From: a virus
Reading direction: 5' to 3' (one strand)
Length of the DNA: 64,000 nucleotides
Virus record (IMG/VR): IMGVR_UViG_3300006810_000040
Span: 4,352 to 68,351 of that record
Below are positions 1 through 10,578 of this stretch, piece after piece. Made by a program: the position numbers and the translations under genes. Within the stretch, counting starts at the first letter, position 1. Each line of letters opens with the position of its first letter. A model generated the notes under the pieces. That model had not been told where the DNA came from. It saw nothing but the letters and a program-made list of their open reading frames with translations, and did no database searches.

Positions 1-25
1 GCAGGCCGCGAGCTCCACCAGCGCA

Positions 26-850
26 GTGGACTGGCGCGCGGCGTTAAAGGACACGAAGGAGGGCTGGAAAGCCAGGATCCTCAAGGTCCTACATGAGGCC
101 GACGCGCCGGGGCTGACGTTCAACGCCATCGTGCTGGCCATGACCGGTGGCAACTACACCGCCGACATGGTCCACATGACCGAGGCGACCCAGGCCCTAT
201 GGGGGCTGGTCGAGGCCCGCGTGCTCGCGCACAGCGCTACCCAGGTCCCGCTCTACTTCGCCCTGGTCCCCGAAGGCATCGAGCCCAAAGGGCCCGCCTG
301 GAACAGCGTAGCCAACTGGCGGTTCGACCACTGCGGCAAACGCCACTACTGCGGCGCGAAGGGCCCGGCCGTCGAGGCGTGCGAACTCTGCGGCACCAAG
401 GTCCACCGCCCGGAGCCCCAGAAGCCCGTGGCCCTGCACTGGGATGCGCCCTGGCCGCTGGAGCCCCCAGAGGCCCAGCTGACCCCGCAGCAGGAAGCCC
501 TGGACGAGGACGACCGCCAGCGCCGGCTGATGGCCGGCGTGGACCCCGAACCGGGTGCCGTCCACGAACTTGGGCGGGTTCTGTGGGCCCTTGACCGAGC
601 CATTGAGGAGACGGACGGCTACGGGCGGGACTGGCTTCGAAGCCTCCGAACCAACACCCGCGATGTGTGGAAGATCAACAAGCGCAAGGGGTTCGCCACT
701 GACAACGTCAACAACGCCGTCCAGGATGTCCTGGGCGGGTTGGCGGCGAACACGCTGGCAGCAGCGTCGGGGCGGGGCGTCCACAAGAAGATGACGGCAG
801 CCGCGGCGGCAGCGGCAATCCTCGCTCACCACATGAAGGGGGCGTCATGA
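26..850 (+). CDS. Hypothetical phage protein (possible Zn ribbon); true start may lie at or before the window edge
   Basis: Open frame with high-GC codon usage; HCGKRHYC...CELC motif; stop overlaps next start (ATGA at 847-850). Confidence 0.6.
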   Translation: MDWRAALKDTKEGWKARILKVLHEADAPGLTFNAIVLAMTGGNYTADMVHMTEATQALWGLVEARVLAHSATQVPLYFALVPEGIEPKGPAWNSVANWRFDHCGKRHYCGAKGPAVEACELCGTKVHRPEPQKPVALHWDAPWPLEPPEAQLTPQQEALDEDDRQRRLMAGVDPEPGAVHELGRVLWALDRAIEETDGYGRDWLRSLRTNTRDVWKINKRKGFATDNVNNAVQDVLGGLAANTLAAASGRGVHKKMTAAAAAAAILAHHMKGAS

Positions 851-2580
851 TCCGCTTCCTGCTCAAGAGCCAGCTGGGCCTCTTCGGCCCGCGCAAGGCC
901 GAGGTCAAGGCCCACGTCCGCAAGACCACCAAGGGCGTCGTGCCCGTCCAGCAGCACCAGCGCCAGACCAAGGGGCGCAAGCCGCCCACGACCGTCCACC
1001 AGGCCATGAAGCGCGCCGGCAAGGCCATCGAGCAGGTCTACGGCGTCCCCTGGGGCCAGGTCGGGGCCTACCTCAACTTCTACGCGGCGTTCGGCACCAG
1101 CGGCCCCGATGCGGCCAAGCACGATGGCGGCCACGACCTGGTGCTCAAGCTCGAGGACAGCGGCCTGGTCCGCGCGCGGCGCGTCAGCGGCTGGGATCCG
1201 CAGGCCGACGGTGGCCCGGCCTACCGGATCGACAAGCAGGTGGGGACGGCGCAGCTCGACCTGAGCGACCCAGGCAGCTGGGAGGGGCGCATCCAGGGCC
1301 TGGTCGAGAGCCTGCTGCTGTCCGATGGCCGCCCCACTGTCCTCGAGCTCTACGCTGGTATGGGCGGGCTGGCCCATGGGGCGAAGCGCGCGGGCTTCCG
1401 CGTCGTGGGCATGGCCGAGCGCGACCCGCACGCGCTCAAGACCCTGGAGCTCAACAAGCAGGACGACCTGCTCGAGGGGCGCATCTACGACGTGGACCTG
1501 TCCAAGCCCCCGCCGTTCGCGCACCTGCGCGGGAAGGTGGACGTGGTCACCGGGGGGCCCCCGTGCCAGCCGTTCAGCCGGGGCGGCGATGCGGCTGGCC
1601 AGTTCGACAAGCGCGACGGGTGGCCCCACCTGCTGCGCGTCGTGGAGCAGGTCCAGCCTGGCTACGTCGTGGCCGAGAACGTCCGCGGGCTGATGGACAC
1701 GAAGTTCCAGGGCTACCGCGACCTGATCCAGCAGGAGCTGGCCTACCGGCACTACGCGAGCAAGTGGGTGCGCGCGTCGGGGCCCGACTTCGGGGTGGCC
1801 CAGGACCGCGAGCGCGTGTTCCTGCTCGCGTGGCGCAAGGGCAGCGCCCCCTACCGCGAACCCGTCCACACCACGGAGTGGGACGCCCCAGACCTGGCCG
1901 ATGTCATCGACGAGTGGGGCGAGATGCGCGCCGAGGAGATGCGGGCCCCGGTCCCCAGCGCCCTGACCGACAAGTGGCTCAAGAAGCACCCACCCAGCGA
2001 CCCCGCGGCGAAGACCACCGCCTTCACCATGGTGGCCCGGCACGGGGCTGGGTCGGTCAACCTGGTCCGAGTCCCGGCCTACAAGGTGGGTGGTCCCGTC
2101 CTGGTAGACGACCGGGGTGAGAGCGGCATGGAGCAGGCCCTCGCCCGCGAGCTCGAGGCGCAGCTGGACCAGCCGGAGATCACCTACTTCGAAGCCGCGG
2201 CGCTGGTGGACCAGCAGGGAGGCGCGGCCGCGGTCTCCGCGCTCCTGGACAAGGTCATGGCCCGGCACGGCGACACATGGGGCCGCGGCGTCATCGACGG
2301 CACCATCACCCGCGTGGACGGCGACGCTGTGTGGGTGTCCACACCGGGCGCGGGGGAACAGCGATTCGCCCGCCGGCACGTCTACCCCTACGCCCAGGAC
2401 GTGAAGCGGATGCCCACGTCGATGATGGCGGCCGTGCAGGACTTCCCGCCGAACTACAAGGTCAGCGGGGGCCTGAACGCCCGGGGCCGCCAGATCGGCA
2501 ACGCTGTGGCCCCCGGTATGGGCGCTGGCATCATGCTGGGGCTGCCCATCGCCCCCGAGCTGGTGGACCTGGAGATCTGA
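847..2580 (+). CDS. DNA cytosine-5 methyltransferase with N-terminal extension
   Basis: C5-MTase motifs in order: ELYAGMGG (I), GGPPCQPFS (IV), AENVRG (VI), QDRERVF (VIII), AAVQDFP (IX), RQIGNAVAP (X); ~160-aa N-terminal extension starting MIRFLLKS. Confidence 0.93.
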   Translation: MIRFLLKSQLGLFGPRKAEVKAHVRKTTKGVVPVQQHQRQTKGRKPPTTVHQAMKRAGKAIEQVYGVPWGQVGAYLNFYAAFGTSGPDAAKHDGGHDLVLKLEDSGLVRARRVSGWDPQADGGPAYRIDKQVGTAQLDLSDPGSWEGRIQGLVESLLLSDGRPTVLELYAGMGGLAHGAKRAGFRVVGMAERDPHALKTLELNKQDDLLEGRIYDVDLSKPPPFAHLRGKVDVVTGGPPCQPFSRGGDAAGQFDKRDGWPHLLRVVEQVQPGYVVAENVRGLMDTKFQGYRDLIQQELAYRHYASKWVRASGPDFGVAQDRERVFLLAWRKGSAPYREPVHTTEWDAPDLADVIDEWGEMRAEEMRAPVPSALTDKWLKKHPPSDPAAKTTAFTMVARHGAGSVNLVRVPAYKVGGPVLVDDRGESGMEQALARELEAQLDQPEITYFEAAALVDQQGGAAAVSALLDKVMARHGDTWGRGVIDGTITRVDGDAVWVSTPGAGEQRFARRHVYPYAQDVKRMPTSMMAAVQDFPPNYKVSGGLNARGRQIGNAVAPGMGAGIMLGLPIAPELVDLEI

Positions 2581-5500
2581 TGAGCGACTGGAAGCCGCAC
2601 TGGCGGCAGTGCAAGACCAGCGGCAACGCGATCTGGACCCTCAACTGCGACAAGCAGGGCGACGAGGTGCGCGTGCGCGTGCCCTGGTCGCGCCGGCACG
2701 ACTCCGCGGGCTGGCCTCGAGGCGAGAAGTCCCGCGTGCGCTACCGCCATGAGGGGCGGGAGTACAGCGGCCTGCACGTCAGCAGCGGCGACGAGGGCAT
2801 CACCGTGCTCAGCCACGACGGCAAGGTCCACCGCCTCAAGCACGGGCGCTATACCCACAGCGCCGGAGCGAAGCCCCAGGACCCCAAGGCGGCGACCGGC
2901 ACGAAGCAGGACAAGGCGGCACCGACCGGCACGAAGCAGGACAAGGCGGCACCGACCAGCACGAAGCAGGACAAGGCGGCACCGACCGGCACGGACCTGC
3001 TCAAGGCCGCATGGGGCGAGCTGATCCTCCTGGTCAAGGGCGAAGACCCACCCACGGCCGAGCGCTTCCAGGACTCCAAGAAAGGCGCACAGAAGCCCTC
3101 CAAGCTCATCGACCGGGTGCGCGGGGCCGCTGCCCGGCAGGACGCCGCCAAAGCCAAGGGAGGCGGCGCGGAGGGCATCCCTGGGGCCAAGAAGGCCGCC
3201 CCGGACAAGTCCCGCGAGGTCAGCAAGGGCAAGGGCGGCAAGTACCCGGCGCTCAAGCCTGGCCAGCGCTGGATCACCGTCCACCCCAACGGCAGCGACG
3301 AGAAGGGTGTCCCGATCCTGCTGGACCCTGAGCCCGATGGGTCCTTCCGCGTGGTCGGTGGGGCTGGCGGCAAGCTGAACCACCTGATCCTGACCGGCGT
3401 GAAGTCCGAGTCCGAGTACAAGGCCAAGGCCAAGGCCAAGCGTGAGGCCAAGAAGGCCGCCGAGAAAGAGCGTCGGGCTGCGATGACCCCTGACGAGCGC
3501 AAGGCCGAGAGGGCCGAGAAGACCGCCCGGAAGCAGGCCGTCACCGCGGCTGAGCGCAAGTTCATCGACGACGTGCAGAACCGCATGGGCGGCGTCGACG
3601 ACGAACTCCCGGAGGAGGAGCTGGACAAGCTGAGCCCCAGCGTGCGTCACAAGAAGGAGCGCAGCCACCACCGCAAGCGCCTGCGGCAGGCTCAGAAGCG
3701 CGTGCGCGAGGTCAGCGACCAGCTGGTCGAAGAGGGGATCCGCTCGCCCGAGATGGCCGAGGCCATCCGCAGCGCCCTGGACGAACGCCCCGAGGTCCTG
3801 GCAGAGGCCCAGGAGATGGCCAGGAGGTCATGGACGCGGTCGCGGTCGAGAAGGCCGCGAGGGAGGCCAACCGCGCCAGCACCACGCGGCGCAAGCTCAA
3901 CCCTGGCGTCAGTGCCCTGGTCGAGGCCGCCGAGGACGCCCTGGACAACCTGGAGAGCTTGGAGGGCGAACTCGGCGAAGTGCCCGAGGAGTCCGAGACC
4001 GTCACCGAGCTGCCCAGCGTGGCCACCAAGCAGGAGGCCAGGGCGCACATCGAGCAGGCCCGCCTACTGCAACAGATCGCGACCGGCGAGGCCGACATCA
4101 CCGACGACGGTGTGCGCGAGGCCATGAAGGACGCTGGCGTCTACAGCCTGGACGACCTGGACGACGACGAGGTCCAGGACAACCTGCGCGCGGCCGCCGT
4201 GGCCGCGACCGACAGGGCGCTCACCAGCATGGCGCAATCCAGCCGATTCGAAGCGCTCGAGGGCGCTGGCGAGGTGGAGAAGGCCGAGCAGATCAAGGCT
4301 CACCGCGACACCATGCAGCGCATGGCGAAGGCCATGAAGGACGAGGTGGCCGCCACCGGGCTCAACGACCTGGAGAAGGTGCCAATCCGCCGCTACGAGC
4401 TCGCCGAACTGGTCGAGGTCATGCGGTCGGAGAAGTCCCTGCGACGCGAGAAGCAGGCGCTGGCCGGCACCGTGAAGGAGGCCGAGAAGGGCCAGTATCG
4501 GGACACCCGCAAGGCGTGGGACATGGAGGTCAAGGCCGTCGGCGGGGACGCCGCCCGGACCTACCAGGAAGAGCTGATCCGGCGCACGACCGAGAACCTG
4601 CTGGGGCTGGCCGCTCGCGGCGACAACAGCTTCCTGCAGAGCCACGCCAACGGTGCGTTCGATGGCCTGGCCGACATCCAGCTGGGCGCGGACGGGCACC
4701 GGCACCTGTCCCGCGACGTGGTCGATGCCGTTGGCCTGCGCAACAGCGCCCTGCTCACCCGCTACGCCCTGGAGAAGGGCGGCCACGACCGGCGCAAGGT
4801 GCTCAGGGCCCTGGAGGACACCCACGTCGAGCGCGTGATGTCCAAGGCGCAGGAGGCCATCAGGGCGGCCAACGAGTACGTCCCTGGGCTGTCTGAGACG
4901 GTCACCGACGTGGGCAGCATCGAGAAGGCTCTGCAGCTGGTGGATGCGCATGAGCGCCAGCTGGTGGAAGCTGAGCGCGCGGTCGGGGCCACCCTGGGCA
5001 GCCTGGAGGCCACCGCAGCGCTGGGCCAGGCGTTCCGCTCCAGCCGGATGCCCGACAGTCTGGACGTGTCCATCCCGGAGAACGAGAGCATCGAGACCGG
5101 GATCAGCTGGATGCACGCTGTGGGCCTGCGGCCGGGCGAATACCAGGTCAGCGAAGAGGACGGCGTCCGCAAGATCACCGTGGCGAAGGAGCACTGGGAC
5201 AAGCTCCTGACGCCCGTGGACCAGGAGGCCGTGGACCGCCGCCGCACCGTCAACGCCATCAAAGCCGGGAAGGAGGACGAGGACGGCTGGATGCCCCAGG
5301 GCTTCGCCAAGCGGACCCCCACCAGCTTCAACATGCCGGCGAAGGAGGCCCCGCGCTTCTGGGAGCCCGTGGGTGGCGTGGACAGCCTCGAGGACCACAT
5401 CGGGGCCCGTGTCGCCAGCGGCGAGGGCCTGGACAGCATCGCCCGCGACCTCATCAGCGCCGATGTCCTCAAGCAGGTGAGCGACCGCGACGGACACCTG

Positions 5501-8224
5501 GACAAGGTCCGGGACCTGCTGCCCCTGTACGACGACGAGGGCAAGCCGCGCCCCTTGTCCGAGCTGGGACCTCTGGCCGAGGGCTACGCCAGCGCCTACC
5601 TCAAGGGCCAGGGGCGCGAGGGCGAGGGCTACCACAGCCAGGACATCGGCGTGGACCGGCCCCAGACCCGTGAAGCCGTGTTCCGCACGTTGAGCAAGCA
5701 CCCCGAGGCCGTGGCCGCGTTCAAGGGCATCAGCGACCTGACCGGCGACGAGCGGCGCGTGATCCGGTCGAAGTTCTACGACATGGCCGGGATCGACCCG
5801 AAGGTGCGCGTGGACGAGGGCAAGTTCAAGGCTGAGCTCGAGGCCCTGGGCCCGGAGCCATCGAAGACGGGTGGCACCCAGTCCCTCTTCGGAGGGGGCG
5901 GGCCATCCGCCGAGTGGCAGGACTACCAGCGCCAGGTGGACCAGCTGGTCAAGCGCTACCCGCGCGCGGGGCTGGCCGACGCCATGAAGCGCGCCACCAC
6001 CGACGAGCAGAAGGCCGACCTGCTCAAGGCCGCCCGCGAGGCCCCCACGGCTTGGGCCCGCTACGTCCAGGCGCACGGCTCGCTGCCCAACGCCATCGCC
6101 AGCATTCAGGACGCGATGCGTGGCGAGTTCGTCGAGACCTACGTCTCGAACCAGAGCACCGTCGGCGAGCAGGGCCTGATCCGCGGCACCGCCAAGCTGA
6201 CCGGCGACCAGGCACACGCCAAGTTCATGGCCAGCCCCGAAGAGCGGGCGGACATGCTGTCCAGCCTGCAGCGGACGCAGGCGCAGCTGCGCGGGCGCAC
6301 CGCGGGCAAGTTCGCGGCCGAGGGCGAGGGCGCGGTCAGCGCGAAGTACCAGCGCCACCTGGAGGCCCAGGAGACCTACAGCGCCGCGCAGGCCGGTCTC
6401 TTCGGCATGGCCCCGCCCAAGCCCGAGAGCAAGCCGAAGGACATCAAGCTGGGGCACGGGGAGCGCTGGAGCATCGGCGCTCGAGCAGAGGCGCAGCTGG
6501 CCAGCGTGATCCAGACCGTGGGCTCCGGCGTCGAGGCCCGCGACAACTTCGAAGTGTTCCCCGCCAACATGGACGGCGACCGCATCGCGCAGCAGCGCGG
6601 CATCAAGGCGCTGATGGAGAGCAAGCGCATGGTGCTGGCCTGGGGCACCGGCTCCGGCAAGACACCCGGCTCCCTGGGGGCCTTCACCGAGGCCCACGCG
6701 CGCGGCGACACGAAGCACGGCCTGTTCAGCGTGCCCAGCGCGGGCGGCAAGATGGCCCGGCAGTTCCGAGGCGAGGCCCTGTCTTTCCTCGAGCCCGGCA
6801 AGTTCAGCGTCGTGACCAGCGAGGGCAAGAGCCACGAAGAGCGCCTGGCCCTGCTCACCAACCCCAACGACCTCACGATCATGACCCACCAGGCCACCCG
6901 CGACACGGTCCTGAAGGCCATGGCGGACAAGTACGCGGACGGCGACATCGCCCGGATGAAGCGCGACCTGATCAACACCGACCTGCAGACGACCGCGAAG
7001 TGGTGGGCCGATCTCCGCGAGGAGCTGGGAGTCCCCAAGTTCTTCACCGCGGTGGACGAGTTCCACGGCATCACCGACCGCGGCGAGCCCAGCGGGATCG
7101 CGGCCATCCACCAGATGATCAGCCACCCGCTGAACACCACCCACTGGGCCGGGTTGAGCGCCACGCCCATCAAGAACGAAGAGGCCGAGGTCTGGAGCAC
7201 CGCGCAGCTCGTAGACCCGGACAAGTACAGCAGCCGCAACGAGTTCATGCGGACCTACGGTCACGACCTGGCCCATGGCTACGAGGGCATCCGCCGCGAG
7301 CTGAGCGACCGCGTCCACAGCGTGAAGATCAACCCAGCCGGCGTCGAGCGTCAGCGCTTTGAGAACCCCATGATCCAGGACGGCCGGAAGGTCGCCGGCC
7401 ACCCCCAGGGGGTCGAGCTCCAGCCGGAGCACCGCAAGCTGGTGGACCAGGTCAAGGCCGACTTCAAGATGCTCAGCAGCGTGGTGAAGGAGGACCGCGA
7501 GCCCAACAGCGCCGAGGAGCGGGCGGCCCTCGAGCGCTTCGGAGGCGAGCGCGCCCTGCGCGCCCTGGGCACCGCGAAGGAGAACGCGATGCGCAAGGCG
7601 ATCTACAGCGCACCACGGGAGCACAACACCATCCTGCGGTCCATGGCCGACGTGATCGAGCACGACGTGAACAACGGCAAGTGGGAGCTGCATGACAAGA
7701 AGGGCAAGCCGACCGGCGAGATGAAGACGGGCAAGCCGTCGATCATTTTCGTGGACCGTCACGCCGACGCGGACCTGATCACCGAAGAGCTCAAGGCCCG
7801 GGGCATCGAGTCCGCCTACTTGAGCGGGCGCAGCAACGCCGACGCCAACGACAAGAGCCTGCAGGCGTTCAAGAGCGGCCAGATCCCCACGCTGATCGTG
7901 TCCCCCGCTGGCGAGGCCGGGATCAACATCGCAGAGGGTCGAGCCACCCACCACTACGGCATCCCCATGACGGCGAAGAGCCACACCCAGCGCGAGGGCC
8001 GCGCCTACCGGCAGAAGGCCCGCGGCGACGTGGACGCGCACGACTGGTGGACGGCCACCGAGTTCGACCGCAACGCCCGCGCCCGCCTGCAGCGCAAGAG
8101 CAGCCTGGCCGACATTTTCGAGCAGCCGATCGGCAGCGCCGACGAGCAGGGCTTTGCCGCCCGCTACGCTGCGGAGCTCGCTGAGAAGCACGAGTCCACC
8201 GACCTCACCCACCTGGCCGCCTGA
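2580..8224 (+). CDS. Giant (~1,880 aa) polyvalent/DarB-like protein with C-terminal SNF2-type SF2 helicase; apparent single-base frameshift near 3820
   Basis: ATG at 2580 overlaps the MTase stop. The coding frame changes near 3820 into ORF 3830..8224; adding one C gives EMAQEVMDA. Helicase motifs WGTGSGKT, VDEFH, LSATP, GEAGIN, QREGRAYR. Confidence 0.8.
2885..2992 (+). repeat. Coding tandem repeat, 30-bp unit x ~3.5 (KQDKAAPTGT)
   Basis: cacgaagcaggacaaggcggcaccgaccRG repeated nearly perfectly. Confidence 0.9.
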
Positions 8225-8481
8225 TGAAGAAGAAGCTGCACGCCGCCGCCGCCGACATCGGGGCCAACCGCAAGGCCCTGCAGAAGGCCCGCCAGGACCT
8301 GGTCGCGCGAGCTCGCGCACAGCTCGACACGGTCCACGGCCCCATCGAAGCTGGAGCGAAGGCCCTGGACAAGGGCAAGGGTGGCGTCCTGCACCACCGC
8401 TACGTCCGCACGCGCTCCAACGAACGGGACCGCCTGCGCGCCGTCGTGGCCGAATACCCCAGCCCCGCCAAGGGCGAATGA
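8224..8481 (+). CDS. Small basic hypothetical protein
   Basis: Start and stop overlap both neighbours (TGATG, ATGA). Confidence 0.65.
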   Translation: MKKKLHAAAADIGANRKALQKARQDLVARARAQLDTVHGPIEAGAKALDKGKGGVLHHRYVRTRSNERDRLRAVVAEYPSPAKGE

Positions 8482-8732
8482 GCCAGCCGCGACCCGCGAC
8501 CCACCCGGTCACTTGCCCAACCTGTGGCGCTGACCTGTTCCGCGACAGCGAGGGCGAGACCACCATCAGGGCGCGCGTGCTGGTGCTGCGGGCTGGCGAC
8601 GTGGTGGCCAAGTGCCCCAAAGGGAAGTGTCGCGGCGAGGCCGTTGTGCCCTTCCTGCAGGTCCAGGACACCCCGCCTGCCCGCCGGTTTGTGGTCCGCA
8701 GCGGGTTGACAGGCCGGAACCCGGGCTCATAG
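8478..8732 (+). CDS. Small Zn-ribbon protein
   Basis: ATG at 8478; CPTC...CPKGKC motif. Confidence 0.65.
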   Translation: MSQPRPATHPVTCPTCGADLFRDSEGETTIRARVLVLRAGDVVAKCPKGKCRGEAVVPFLQVQDTPPARRFVVRSGLTGRNPGS

Positions 8733-8735
8733 CTT
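8706..8735 (+). promoter_or_regulatory. Possible sigma70-like promoter for the head operon
   Basis: TTGACA-18 nt-TAGCTT upstream of the putative protease gene. Confidence 0.35.
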
Positions 8736-8778
8736 GCCAACAGCGGCACGCGCGGCCCAGTCAACCACGAGGACCCGC

Positions 8779-9684
8779 GTGCAAGAAGACCTGCTGGATG
8801 CAGCCGTGAGTGAGGCCCTGGCCGCCGAGGCCCGCGACTTCCGCCTCTACGGCTCTGTCTCCCCGCTGCTGGAGAAGGCCGTGGTCACGGGCTACCGCCC
8901 CCGCCGACGGCTGGGTGGCTGGCTGGCCACGTTCGGGAAGATCGGACCCAACGGCGGCATCGTGCCCACCGTGGACCGCGACGGGCACGTCTTCGCGGCC
9001 GCGCGCCAGCTGGGCCTTGTGGACTGGTCGGCCTACCTCGAGAAGGGCCTATGGAATGACCGGCACTTCGACGGGCTGATCCACAAGCCCGAGACCATCG
9101 TGGGCATCGCGGACACCCTGGAGTTCGCGGACGAGCACACCAGCCTGGGTCAGGCCCACCGCAAGGTCGGGTTTTTCACCACCGGGCACCTGTTCGACCG
9201 CGCCGACCCCCGCAGCTGGGAGGGCCTGGGACGCACGCCACGCCCCCACGAGCTCGCCAAGTCCGACGAATACTGGGAGCTGGCCCAGCTGTTGGACGGC
9301 ACCCCCCGCGAGCTGGGGTTCAGCGCCCACGGCAAGATGGCCCTGGGTCAGGACGGGTGCAGCATCGCCTACGCGAAGATTTCGCAGTGCGCCATCGCCC
9401 AGCTTCCGAAGAACCCCGACGCCACGGTGCAGCTGCTCAGCAAGGCGTGCGCGGCCGGGCCGATCTCCGACCTGGCCAAGGCCGTCACCGCTGACAACCC
9501 GCTGGGACGCGCCATCGTCCCCGAGGACCTGGAGGCGACCCCGGATCGTTCCAGCAGCGAGCAGGAAGCCGTGCAGCGCATCCTGCAGCGCCTGATGGAC
9601 CGCTACAACCTCTCCAAGGCTCAGGCGCAGCGCGCGCTGAACGCCTGGCTCCGCAAGAACCGACCCGCCAACATGGAGGCTTAG
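8779..9684 (+). CDS. Putative prohead protease
   Basis: Position before scaffold and capsid genes; VDRDG, NDRH, LGFSAHG and CAIAQLPKNPDATV resemble prohead protease motifs; GTG start with GAGG at 8779. Confidence 0.65.
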   Translation: MQEDLLDAAVSEALAAEARDFRLYGSVSPLLEKAVVTGYRPRRRLGGWLATFGKIGPNGGIVPTVDRDGHVFAAARQLGLVDWSAYLEKGLWNDRHFDGLIHKPETIVGIADTLEFADEHTSLGQAHRKVGFFTTGHLFDRADPRSWEGLGRTPRPHELAKSDEYWELAQLLDGTPRELGFSAHGKMALGQDGCSIAYAKISQCAIAQLPKNPDATVQLLSKACAAGPISDLAKAVTADNPLGRAIVPEDLEATPDRSSSEQEAVQRILQRLMDRYNLSKAQAQRALNAWLRKNRPANMEA

Positions 9685-9690
9685 AGCCGC

Positions 9691-10494
9691 ATGCCCACCG
9701 AAGATCAGACTCAGACCCCGCGCCTTGACTCGCTCATCACTGAGATGGAGGCCGCGGGACGCCGCGAAGACGACATCCTGCTCAACCTGGCCAAGGGCGT
9801 CCAGACCGGTTTCTCCGACCTCCGCGACCTGCTCAAGGGCGACGAGGAGGAGATGGACACGGACGACATGTCCGACGTGAACCAGATGGCCGGCGACGGT
9901 GGTGACGGCGACGCCGACAAGAAGGCCAACAAGAAGGCCAAGGGCATGGAGGGCGACGAGGACGACGAGGACGACGACACCGACGGCTCGCCTGGCTTCG
10001 ACGACATGGAGAAGGGCTCCCTGGAGTTCGATGTCACCGAGTTCGTCCTGGGCCTGGACGAGAAGCTGTCCAAGCTGGACATGCTGGACGAGATGGACGC
10101 GCGCCTGGCAAAGGCCGAGAAGGACAACGCCGAGCTGCGCCAGCTGGTCGGCAAGTACATCGCGGCCGACATGGACGCGACCGAGATGTTGACCAAGGCG
10201 GTCGTCACCTCCGGCATGGGCATCGAGGCCATCCCGACCGGTCGCCAGCGCCCCGGCGCTCACCAGGTCCGCACCGCGCAGCTGCGCCACGCCGACGAGA
10301 ACCAGCAGGGCAAGCCCCGCGCCACCGAGTTGCACGACTGCAACGTCCAGCAGCTGGCCAAGGCCCGGTCGGCCGAGCTGATCAGCGCCTCTGAGCTGCG
10401 GAGCTACCGCAAGACCGGTGCCTTCGACAACGAGGACAGCGTTCGCAACGCCGACCTGGTCAAGACCGTCAGCGCCATCAACTTCGACGACTGA
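9691..10494 (+). CDS. Putative scaffolding protein
   Basis: Acidic, coiled-coil-like, many L-x-K-[AG] motifs, directly upstream of the capsid gene. Confidence 0.65.
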   Translation: MPTEDQTQTPRLDSLITEMEAAGRREDDILLNLAKGVQTGFSDLRDLLKGDEEEMDTDDMSDVNQMAGDGGDGDADKKANKKAKGMEGDEDDEDDDTDGSPGFDDMEKGSLEFDVTEFVLGLDEKLSKLDMLDEMDARLAKAEKDNAELRQLVGKYIAADMDATEMLTKAVVTSGMGIEAIPTGRQRPGAHQVRTAQLRHADENQQGKPRATELHDCNVQQLAKARSAELISASELRSYRKTGAFDNEDSVRNADLVKTVSAINFDD

Positions 10495-10517
10495 GCCCCC
10501 ACGGGGGCTTCGGCCCC
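10494..10517 (+). promoter_or_regulatory. Overlapping hairpins between scaffold and capsid genes
   Basis: AGCCCCC-AC-GGGGGCT overlaps GGGGC-TTCG-GCCCC (C-UUCG-G tetraloop). Confidence 0.45.
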
Positions 10518-10578
10518 TCCCTACACCAGCGCACGCGGCGACGGCCACCCCCTTCACTGACTTCCTGGGAGACCCCCC

